Under the pieces are notes generated by a model. It did no database searches, had not been told where the DNA came from, and saw nothing but the letters and a program-made list of their open reading frames with translations. Source: an uncultured Massilia sp. (lineage in GTDB: Bacteria; Pseudomonadota; Gammaproteobacteria; Burkholderiales; Burkholderiaceae_D). Taken from it: 64,000 nt of DNA. Positions 1-7,761 of the stretch are shown piece after piece. Position 1 is the stretch's first letter, and each line of letters starts with the position of its first letter. The DNA is taken from positions 2,148-66,147 of the forward strand of contig CAJYXO010000071.1 in the NCBI GenBank assembly GCA_913778765.1, read 5' to 3'. The position numbers and the translations under genes are program-made.

Positions 1-777
1 GTCGACGCCGGCGGCAAGGCCTGCGGCTCGAGCAAGGAAGTCGCGCAGAACGCCGACGTCGTCATCACCATGGTGCCGGACACCCCGCACGTCGCCTCGG
101 CCCTGTTCGACGACGACGGCGTGGCCGCCGGCCTCACGCCGGGCAAGGTGGTGGTCGACATGAGCTCGATCTCGCCGGTCGAGACCAAGGCTTTCGCAGA
201 GCGCATCAAGGCGCTGGGCTGCGAATACGTCGACGCCCCGGTGTCCGGCGGCGAAGTCGGCGCCAAGGCGGCCAGCCTGACCATCATGGTGGGCGGCTCG
301 GAAGCGGCCTTCGATCGCGTCAAGCCGCTGTTCGAACTGATGGGCAAGAACATCACCCTGGTGGGCGAGAACGGCGCCGGCCAGACCTGCAAGGTGGCCA
401 ACCAGATCATCGTCGCGCTGAACATCGAGGCGGTCGGCGAAGCCCTGCTGTTCGCTTCAAAAATGGGCGCCGATCCGGCCAAGGTGCGCCAGGCGCTGAT
501 GGGCGGCTTTGCGGCCTCGCGCATTCTGGAAGTGCACGGCGAGCGCATGGTCAAGCGCAGCTTCGATCCGGGCTTCCGCATCGAACTGCACCAGAAGGAC
601 CTGAACCTGGCGCTGTCGAGTGCGCGCGCGGTCGGCGTCTCGCTGCCGAACACCGCCACCGCCCAGGAACTGTTCAACAGCTGCGCGGCCCACGGCGGCA
701 AGGCCTGGGACCACTCGGCGATGGTACGCGCGCTGGAAAAGATGGCAAACTTCGAAATCGGCCAAGGTACAGCTTAA
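1..777 (+). CDS. garR: 2-hydroxy-3-oxopropionate (tartronate semialdehyde) reductase, 5' end cut by window edge
   Basis: Frame 1 is open from base 1 (VDAGGKACGSSKEVAQNADVVITMVPDTPHV...), continuous with track ORF 70..777. Beta-hydroxyacid dehydrogenase pattern (DAPVSGG..., helical C-terminal domain). Followed 24 nt later by glycerate kinase, as in glycerate-pathway clusters. Confidence 0.8.
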   Translation, partial: VDAGGKACGSSKEVAQNADVVITMVPDTPHVASALFDDDGVAAGLTPGKVVVDMSSISPVETKAFAERIKALGCEYVDAPVSGGEVGAKAASLTIMVGGSEAAFDRVKPLFELMGKNITLVGENGAGQTCKVANQIIVALNIEAVGEALLFASKMGADPAKVRQALMGGFAASRILEVHGERMVKRSFDPGFRIELHQKDLNLALSSARAVGVSLPNTATAQELFNSCAAHGGKAWDHSAMVRALEKMANFEIGQGTA

Positions 778-800
778 ACTCGCAGCCTGATTTTTGGAGA

Positions 801-2072
801 ATGATGATGCAAGCCAGTCCACGCGCGCTGTTGGTGAAGATGTTCGAGGCGGCGGTCGAATCCGCCCAGCCCGAACATTGCGTGCCGAAGCACCTGCCCG
901 AGCCGGGCAAAGGCAGGACCATCGTGATCGGCGCCGGCAAGGCCTCGAGCGCGATGGCGCAGGCATTGGAGCGGAGCTGGACCGGCCCCATCTCGGGCCT
1001 GGTGGTGACGCGCTACGGTTATGCGGTGCCCTGCGAACGCATCGAGATCGTCGAAGCGGCCCATCCTGTGCCGGACCAGGCCGGCCTCGACGCGGCGCGC
1101 CGCATGATGGACCTGGTACAAGGCTTGACCCCGGACGATACGGTGATCTGCCTGATCTCGGGCGGCGGCTCCTCGCTGCTGCCGCTGCCGCTCGAAGGGA
1201 TCACGCTGGAAGACAAGCAGCTTGTGAATCGCGCCCTGCTCGCTTCCGGCGCCACCATCGGCGAGATGAACTGCGTGCGCCGCCACCTGTCCGCCATCAA
1301 GGGCGGCCGCCTGGCTGCCGCCTGCCATCCGGCGCGCGTGGTCACGCTGCTGATCTCGGACGTGCCGGGCGACCGTCCCAGCGACATCGCCTCCGGCCCG
1401 ACGGTGGGCGACCCGACCACCTGCCTTGACGCGCTGGCGATCGTGAAACGCTACGGCATCGAACTGCCGGCCGCGGTGCGCGAGGTGCTGGAAAGCGGGC
1501 GTGGCGAATCGGTCAAGCCGGGCGACCACCGTTTGTCACGCTGTGAAACCAGGATGATCGCGACGCCGCAGATGGCGCTGGAAGCGGCGGCCGCCGTGGC
1601 GGTCGACGCCGGCATCACGCCTTACATTCTCGGCAATGCGATCGAGGGCGAGGCGCGCGACGTCGGCAAGGCAATGGCGGGCATCGCGCTGCAGGTGGCG
1701 GAATACGGCCAGCCCTTCGCGAAACCCTGCGTGATGCTGTCCGGCGGCGAGACCACCGTGACGGTGCGCGGCCAGGGCCGCGGCGGACGGAACGTGGAGT
1801 TCCTGCTGTCGCTGGGCCTGACGCTGGAAGGGCGCGCCGGCATCCATGCGATGGCCGGGGATACCGATGGCGTCGACGGCCAGGAAGAGATCGCGGGCGC
1901 GGTGCTGGCGCCGGATACCCTGGCGCGCGCCTGGGCAATGGGGATCAAACCGGCCGATTCGCTGCAGGACAACGATGGGCACGGGTTCTTTGGGGCGCTG
2001 GGGGATTCCGTCGTTACGGGGCCGACGCTGACCAATGTGAATGACTTCAGGGCGGTGCTGATCCTGGATTGA
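801..2072 (+). CDS. Glycerate 2-kinase / hydroxypyruvate reductase-like (MOFRL family)
   Basis: 423-aa ORF. The N-terminal 'IVIGAGKASSAMAQALE' and C-terminal 'AGDTDGVDG...NVNDFRAVLI' are typical of TtuD/GckA-type glycerate kinases. GGAGA precedes a triple ATG (801/804/807), so the start is uncertain by 1-2 codons. Confidence 0.8.
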   Translation: MMMQASPRALLVKMFEAAVESAQPEHCVPKHLPEPGKGRTIVIGAGKASSAMAQALERSWTGPISGLVVTRYGYAVPCERIEIVEAAHPVPDQAGLDAARRMMDLVQGLTPDDTVICLISGGGSSLLPLPLEGITLEDKQLVNRALLASGATIGEMNCVRRHLSAIKGGRLAAACHPARVVTLLISDVPGDRPSDIASGPTVGDPTTCLDALAIVKRYGIELPAAVREVLESGRGESVKPGDHRLSRCETRMIATPQMALEAAAAVAVDAGITPYILGNAIEGEARDVGKAMAGIALQVAEYGQPFAKPCVMLSGGETTVTVRGQGRGGRNVEFLLSLGLTLEGRAGIHAMAGDTDGVDGQEEIAGAVLAPDTLARAWAMGIKPADSLQDNDGHGFFGALGDSVVTGPTLTNVNDFRAVLILD

Positions 2073-2105
2073 CTGAAGCTAGACTCGTACCGGTTGGGGG
2101 CTGGC

Positions 2106-2255
2106 TCAGCCCTCGATCATCACGCGGCCTTCCGGATCGATACGGTTACCATACGACGCCACCCAGGCGGCAAAGAAGCTGCGCCAGAATCCGCGGCCCG
2201 GCATCTGCAGGGTCGGGGCGGCCATCGAAGCGATTGCGCTGGACCGGTTGGACAT
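2106..2255 (-). CDS. Hypothetical small protein (49 aa), below the ORF-track cutoff
   Basis: Hand translation: MSNRSSAIASMAAPTLQMPGRGFWRSFFAAWVASYGNRIDPEGRVMIEG*. Strong GC3 codon bias like neighbouring genes. SD-like AAAGGTG lies 6 nt upstream of the ATG. No family recognised. Confidence 0.35.
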   Translation of the reverse strand: MSNRSSAIASMAAPTLQMPGRGFWRSFFAAWVASYGNRIDPEGRVMIEG

Positions 2256-2334
2256 GATTCACCTTTCGAAGAATGTCTGGATTGGTGACCATGTTAGAGA
2301 AACGAAGTTATGCCGTCCAATGACATGTTCTGAT

Positions 2335-2363
2335 GCCAGCCATCACAAAAGCAAATGGCTGGC
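2335..2363 (-). terminator. Stem-loop downstream of the aglA/glk-rpiR operon (possible terminator)
   Basis: Perfect 9-bp inverted repeat GCCAGCCAT (2335..2343) / ATGGCTGGC (2355..2363) with an 11-nt loop, 15 nt past the stop at 2378. No clear U-tract follows, so intrinsic-terminator status is uncertain. Confidence 0.3.
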
Positions 2364-2377
2364 CCAGCCGCTGAATC

Positions 2378-4237
2378 TCAGCTATCAAGATGGGAAATAA
2401 GGGCCTGCGTCGATGCCGATGAGGGCGAGGCCGGGCGGGCGCGGTGCACGTCCACCGACACGCCCACCGCCATGATATCGATGAGCAGCAGCTGCAGCAC
2501 CCGCGAGATCATCGCCAGGAAGCTGGTGTTGTCCTCCGCATGATCGACGGTCAGCAGCACGCTGGCGCGCCTGGCCAGCGGCGACTGGCTGCTGCTGATG
2601 GCGATCACGTCGGCGCCGGCCGCGCGCGCCTTGTCGACGGCGCCCAGCAGCTCGGGCAGGCGGCCCGAATTCGAGATCGCGATGACCACGTCGCCCGGCC
2701 CGAGCAGGTCGGCCGCGAGGCTGAACAGGTGCGAATCGCCGTACAGCGCGGTCGGGATCCGGAAGCGGAAGAATTTATGCTGGCCGTCCAGCGCCACCAC
2801 CCGCGCATTCCCCATCGCGTAGAACTCGATGCGTTTGGCCCGGCTCACCAGCTCGATTGCGCGGTCGATCGCGCGCACGTCGAGCTGGTCGCGGAATTTC
2901 AGGATCGCCGAGACCGTGTTGTCGATCACCTTCGCCGACAGGTCGTGGGTGCTGTCGCTGCCGCGCACCTGGCTGTGCCGCACCGGAATCGAGCCGGTGA
3001 GCGAGCTGGCGAACTTCAGCTTGAAGTCGGCCAGGCCCAGGAAACCCAGCGAGCGGCAGAAGCGGATCACGGTCGGCTGGCTGACGTCCGCCAGTTTCGA
3101 GATGCCGGCGATCGGCTCGTTCAGCACCAGGCGCGGCTGCTCCAGCACCAGGGTTGCGACGCGCTGCTCCGCCGGGGTCAGTTCCGGCTGCAGCTGGCGG
3201 ATGCGGTCCATCAGCGTGTTGTCGCCGCTGCGTCCGCGCAGGTGCTCGGACAGGATGTTGGCGACGCCGTCGAAGGCCACGTGCGGCGTGCTGATGACGT
3301 AGGTCGGGATGTCCGCGATGTAGCCGGAGAAGCGGCCCTTGGCCTCGAAGCGAGCGCGGAAGGGCGAGCTCTTGAACCACTCGCCCAGGCGCGGCACGAT
3401 GCCGCCGCCGATGAATATGCCGCCGAAGGCGCCCAGCGTGACGGCCAGGTTGGCGGCGGCGCCGCCCAGCATGCCGCAGAAGCATTCCAGCACTTCCACG
3501 CACAGCGGGTCCTCGTCCTCCAGCGCCGCCGCGATGATGGCGGCCGAGTCGCGCGCCGGCGCATCGACCCCATTACGCTCCGCCAGCGCGCGGTGGATGA
3601 TCTCCATGCCGGGACCGGAGATCAGCCGCTCGTTCGACACGTGGCGCCACTCGCGCCAGGCGGTCTGCAGGATCGCGAATTCGCGCTCGTCGCTGGGCGC
3701 GAAGTTCACGTGGCCGCCCTCGCTGCCGAGGGTGACGAAGCCGTCGACGGTCGGAATGCCGCCGGAGACGCCGAGCCCCGTGCCCGGTCCCAGCACGCCC
3801 AGCACCGCATGCGGCACAGGCTTGCCCGGCCCCACCTGCATCAGGTCTTCGGATTTCAGGCCCGGAATCGCCATCGCCAGCGCGGTGAAGTCGTTGACGA
3901 TCAGGAGGGTCGTGAGACCCAGCTCGCGCCGCACTTCATCGGTCGAAAAGGCCCAGGGCCGGTTGGTCATGCGGACGTAGTCGCCATCGACCGGATTGGC
4001 CAGCGCCAGCGCCGCGTGGTGCAGGCGCACGTCTTCGTGTTCGAACAGGTAGAAACGCAGCAGCGGCACGATGCCGTCGAACTCGTCGCACCGCAGCACC
4101 CGCACCGAGCGGTACGTGCCCGGCGCCGTCTGCAGGGCGAAACGCGCATGCGTCGCGCCGATGTCGGCCAGCAGGCGCGGACCGTCGGCGAAGGCGGTAC
4201 GGGCGTGCTTGGCATCGATGTCTACCTGTTCCTGCAT
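2378..4237 (-). CDS. glk: Bifunctional glucokinase / RpiR(HexR-like)-family transcriptional regulator, paralog 1
   Basis: 619 aa. The N-terminal half is Glk-family (LLADIGATHARFAL, LIVNDFTALA, GPGTGLGVSG, GSEGGHVNFAP). The C-terminal half has an RpiR HTH (LADVSQPTVIRFCRSLGF) and a SIS domain (VIAISNSGRLPELL, GADVIAISS). The start lies 3 nt after the alpha-glucosidase stop, indicating an operon. Confidence 0.85.
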   Translation of the reverse strand: MQEQVDIDAKHARTAFADGPRLLADIGATHARFALQTAPGTYRSVRVLRCDEFDGIVPLLRFYLFEHEDVRLHHAALALANPVDGDYVRMTNRPWAFSTDEVRRELGLTTLLIVNDFTALAMAIPGLKSEDLMQVGPGKPVPHAVLGVLGPGTGLGVSGGIPTVDGFVTLGSEGGHVNFAPSDEREFAILQTAWREWRHVSNERLISGPGMEIIHRALAERNGVDAPARDSAAIIAAALEDEDPLCVEVLECFCGMLGGAAANLAVTLGAFGGIFIGGGIVPRLGEWFKSSPFRARFEAKGRFSGYIADIPTYVISTPHVAFDGVANILSEHLRGRSGDNTLMDRIRQLQPELTPAEQRVATLVLEQPRLVLNEPIAGISKLADVSQPTVIRFCRSLGFLGLADFKLKFASSLTGSIPVRHSQVRGSDSTHDLSAKVIDNTVSAILKFRDQLDVRAIDRAIELVSRAKRIEFYAMGNARVVALDGQHKFFRFRIPTALYGDSHLFSLAADLLGPGDVVIAISNSGRLPELLGAVDKARAAGADVIAISSSQSPLARRASVLLTVDHAEDNTSFLAMISRVLQLLLIDIMAVGVSVDVHRARPASPSSASTQALISHLDS

Positions 4238-4240
4238 GGC

Positions 4241-5890
4241 TCAGCCCTTTTCGGCGACGCTGCCGAACCAGCCACCGTAAGGCGGCAGGACCACCGTGGT
4301 GCCGGTGACCTCGCCATCCAGGCCGTGGCCTTCGAGCTTCGTGGCGCCGGCGGCGTCAAGCCACTCGAAGGTGAGCGGCTGGTTGGTGACGTTGAACACG
4401 GCCAGCACCGACGGGTAGCCAGGCAGGTCGCGGCGCAGCGCCAGCGCCTGTTCCGGCACGTCGAAGAAGACGATCTCGCCGCGCGTGATCTGCGGCATGG
4501 TGCGGCGCCAGTGGATGATCCGGCGCTGGAAGTTCAGCATCGACTGCGGATCCTTGTCCTGCAGGTCCTCGGCCAGGGGCAGGTGCTCGGCCGGCACCGG
4601 CAGCCACGGTTTGCCGGCGGTGAAGCCGGCGTTCGGCGCCTGCGCAGTCCACGGCATCGGCGTGCGGCAACCGTCGCGGCCCTTGAACTCCGGCCAGAAG
4701 GTGATGCCGTAGGGGTCCTGCAGCAGTTCATAGGGCACGTCGGCTTCCGGCAGCGCCAGCTCGTCGCCCTGGTACAGGCAGGGCGTGCCCTTCAGCGACA
4801 GCTGCAGCGCCAGCACCAGTTTCGACAGCGCCGGCGAAGGGCTGCCACCCGCCGGACCGCCGGCCCAGCGCGTCGCCACGCGGATCGCATCGTGGTTACC
4901 GACCGACCAGGAGGCCCAGCCGTCCTTCACGCGCGCATTGAATTCCTCGACCTGCTTGCGGATGTGGGCGCTGCTGAATTCCGGCGTCAGCAGGTTGAAG
5001 CTGTAGGCCATGTGCAGCTTGTCGCCGCCTTCGGTGTACTCGGCCATCTGGGCCAGCGCATCGTCCGACGAGACTTCGCCGATCGACACCGCGCCGTATT
5101 CGTTCAGCAGCGCGCGGACCTTCTGCAGGAAGGCGATGTTCTCCGGCTGGGTCTTGTCGTGGATGTGGGCCTGCATGCCGTAGGGGTTCACGTCCGTCAC
5201 GGTGGAGGTGTCGCGCACCAGGGCCGGCGGATTGCTGCGCAGCTGGCGGTCGTGGAAGTGGAACACGCAGGCGTCCATGCGTACGCCGTCGACGCCGCGC
5301 TCGAGCCAGAAACGCAGCGCATCCAGGTGGGCCTGCTGCACTTCCGGGTTATGGAAGTTGAGCTGCGGCTGGCTGACCAGGAAGTTGTGCATGTAGTACT
5401 GCTTGCGGCGGGTGTCCCACTGCCACGCCGAGCCGCCGAACACGGACAGCCAGTTGTTCGGCGGGTTGCCGTCCGCGAGCGGCTCGGACCAGACGTACCA
5501 GTCGCTCTTCGGGTTGTCGCGGCTGGCACGGCTCTCGACGAACCACGGATGGGCATCGGCCGTGTGCGACATCACCTGGTCGATCATGATCTTCAGGCCC
5601 AGGCTGTGCGCCTTGGCGATCAGGGCGTCGAAGTCGGCCAGGTTGCCGAACAGCGGGTCGACGTCGCAGTAGTCCGCGATGTCGTAGCCGAAGTCCTTCT
5701 GCGGCGACTTGAAGAAGGGCGACAGCCAGACGATGTCCACGCCCAGGCCGGCGATGTAATCGAGCTTCGCGGTGATGCCCGGCAGGTCGCCGACGCCGTC
5801 GCCGTTGGTATCGAGGTAGCTGCGCGGATAGACCTGGTAGATGATGGCTTCTTTCCACCACGGATTCTGAGCGTCGGGAGGATTCGTCAT
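4241..5890 (-). CDS. aglA: GH13 alpha-glucosidase (oligo-1,6-glucosidase/maltase type)
   Basis: 549 aa. N-terminal WWKEAIIYQVYPRSYLDTNGDGVGDLPGI. GH13 conserved regions: KIMIDQVMSHT (I), GVDGVRMDA (II), SIGEVS (III), VGNHDAIR (IV). No signal peptide, so cytoplasmic. Confidence 0.85.
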   Translation of the reverse strand: MTNPPDAQNPWWKEAIIYQVYPRSYLDTNGDGVGDLPGITAKLDYIAGLGVDIVWLSPFFKSPQKDFGYDIADYCDVDPLFGNLADFDALIAKAHSLGLKIMIDQVMSHTADAHPWFVESRASRDNPKSDWYVWSEPLADGNPPNNWLSVFGGSAWQWDTRRKQYYMHNFLVSQPQLNFHNPEVQQAHLDALRFWLERGVDGVRMDACVFHFHDRQLRSNPPALVRDTSTVTDVNPYGMQAHIHDKTQPENIAFLQKVRALLNEYGAVSIGEVSSDDALAQMAEYTEGGDKLHMAYSFNLLTPEFSSAHIRKQVEEFNARVKDGWASWSVGNHDAIRVATRWAGGPAGGSPSPALSKLVLALQLSLKGTPCLYQGDELALPEADVPYELLQDPYGITFWPEFKGRDGCRTPMPWTAQAPNAGFTAGKPWLPVPAEHLPLAEDLQDKDPQSMLNFQRRIIHWRRTMPQITRGEIVFFDVPEQALALRRDLPGYPSVLAVFNVTNQPLTFEWLDAAGATKLEGHGLDGEVTGTTVVLPPYGGWFGSVAEKG

Positions 5891-6030
5891 GATGATGTCC
5901 GGTTAGTAAATTTTTACGCAATATACAGCATCGATAGGGTGCTGACAATCGTGCCACGAAGCATCATACAAGATAATTATCCTTGTAAATCATTGGCTTA
6001 TGATTTTCATGACTGAAGAATAATCGGCAA

Positions 6031-6048
6031 TGTAGTAGTCAAACTACA
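6031..6048. promoter_or_regulatory. Candidate HexR/RpiR-type operator in the divergent aglA / POT-pulA control region
   Basis: TGTAGTAGTCAAACTACA. This reads as TGTAGT-N6-ACTACA, or as nested AGTAGT-CAA-ACTACA (6034..6048), one mismatch from the TGTAGT-N3-ACTACA motif seen at 39705 and 30292. It lies in an AT-rich 260-bp intergenic region. Confidence 0.4.
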
Positions 6049-6152
6049 GAATCGATGTTAGGGTGACGAACTTGCCAAAGAAGTTCTTGTTGCCAAGCTA
6101 ATCCGTGGCGAATAGCATCGCGGCAGTACGCAAACGAGCACGGAGACGCCCG

Positions 6153-7742
6153 ATGACCCACAACCCACCGCCGGTCCAGACCGGCCGCATGCCCCGCCAG
6201 ATCCCCTTCATCATCGCCAACGAAGGCTGCGAGCGCTTCAGCTTCTACGGCATGCGCAACATCCTGACGCCCTTCCTGATCTCGACGCTGCTGCTGTTCC
6301 TGCCCGAGGCCGAACGCGCCGGCGAGGCCAAGCACGTGTTCCACACCTTCGTCATCGGCGTCTACTTCTTCCCGCTGCTGGGCGGCTGGCTGGCCGACCG
6401 CTTCTTCGGCAAGTACGACACCGTGCTGTGGCTCAGCCTCGTCTACTGCGCCGGCCATGCCTGCCTGGCCGCTTTCGAGGACAACCTGAACGGCTTCTAT
6501 CTCGGCCTGTTCCTGATCGCGCTGGGCTCGGGCGGCATCAAGCCGCTGGTGTCTTCTTTCGTGGGCGACCAGTTCGACCACACCAACAAGCACAAGGCCA
6601 AGCTGGTGTTCGACGCCTTCTACTGGATCATCAACTTCGGCTCCTTCTTCGCTTCGCTGCTGATGCCGATCTTCCTGCGCGACTACGGCGCGGCGGTCGC
6701 CTTCGGCATTCCCGGCATCCTGATGGGGATCGCCACCCTGGTGTTCTGGAGCGGCCGCAGGAAGTACGTGCACGTGCCGCCCAGCCCGCCGAATCCGCAT
6801 TCCTTCCTCAACGTCGCCAGGAGCGCCCTGCTGGCGAAGCGCGGCGATGAAGGCCGTCCGGGCCTCGCGGTGGCCAGCGTCGGCGCGCTCGGCGCCCTGG
6901 TCTCGCTGGCGATGACGCCGAGCTGGGGCTTTGTGATCGCCGCCTGCACCGCGCTGGTGCTGCTGCTGGCCTTCGGCGGCATCGGCGTGGCCCTGCAGCT
7001 GGAGCGGGCGCGCGGCCTGCATCCGGACGACGCGGTCGACGGCGTGCGCGGCGTGCTGCGCATCCTGATCGTGTTCGCGCTGGTGACGCCGTTCTGGTCC
7101 CTGTTCGACCAGAAGGCCTCGACCTGGATCGTGCAGGCGAATTCGATGATGCGCCCCACCCTGTCGCTGTTCGGCAGCGAATTCCGCTTCGAGCCGGCGC
7201 AGATGCAGGCCCTGAATCCGCTGCTGGTGATGCTGCTCATCCCCTTCAATAACATCGCCGTGTTCCCGCTGCTGCGCAAGCTCGGCTGGGAGCCGACCGC
7301 GCTGCGCCGCATGACGGCCGGGATCGCGTTATCGAGCCTGTCCTGGGTGGCGATCGGCACCATCCAGGTGGCGATGGACGGCGGCACGCCGGTCTCGATG
7401 GCCTGGCAGATCCTGCCCTACGCCCTGCTGACCATGGGCGAGGTGCTGGTCTCGGCCACCGGCCTCGAATTCGCCTACAGCCAGGCGCCGGCCTCGATGA
7501 AGGGCGTGATCATGGCCTTCTGGTCGCTGGCGGTGACGGTCGGCAGCCTGTGGGTGCTGATCGTGAACGCCAGCGTCAGGAACGAGGCCGTGCTGGGGCA
7601 TATCGCCAGCACCGGGCTCGGTGTGATGGCCTTCCAGATGTACTTCTTTGCCGCTTTCGCCTTTATCGCCGCCCTGGTGTTCGGCTGGTACGCCACCCGC
7701 TACCGCATGGTCGACAACTACCGCGCCGAGAAGACCGCCTGA
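6153..7742 (+). CDS. POT/PTR2-family proton-dependent transporter (nominally di/tripeptide permease)
   Basis: Carries the canonical POT ExxERFxYY motif (NEGCERFSFYGMRN) and is polytopic. Start chosen at MTHNPPP (6153); the track ORF begins at 6105. The stop is 19 nt before pullulanase. Confidence 0.8.
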   Translation: MTHNPPPVQTGRMPRQIPFIIANEGCERFSFYGMRNILTPFLISTLLLFLPEAERAGEAKHVFHTFVIGVYFFPLLGGWLADRFFGKYDTVLWLSLVYCAGHACLAAFEDNLNGFYLGLFLIALGSGGIKPLVSSFVGDQFDHTNKHKAKLVFDAFYWIINFGSFFASLLMPIFLRDYGAAVAFGIPGILMGIATLVFWSGRRKYVHVPPSPPNPHSFLNVARSALLAKRGDEGRPGLAVASVGALGALVSLAMTPSWGFVIAACTALVLLLAFGGIGVALQLERARGLHPDDAVDGVRGVLRILIVFALVTPFWSLFDQKASTWIVQANSMMRPTLSLFGSEFRFEPAQMQALNPLLVMLLIPFNNIAVFPLLRKLGWEPTALRRMTAGIALSSLSWVAIGTIQVAMDGGTPVSMAWQILPYALLTMGEVLVSATGLEFAYSQAPASMKGVIMAFWSLAVTVGSLWVLIVNASVRNEAVLGHIASTGLGVMAFQMYFFAAFAFIAALVFGWYATRYRMVDNYRAEKTA

Positions 7743-7761
7743 TTTTTACTGAAGCTATTCG

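Noticed and set aside
2444-6016. 1,190-aa ORF on the plus strand spanning the glk-rpiR and alpha-glucosidase region
   Set aside because: It runs antisense to two domain-bearing genes. Its composition is dominated by R/A/G/D/V/H/Q with no recognisable motif, which is the typical stop-poor antisense frame of high-GC DNA.
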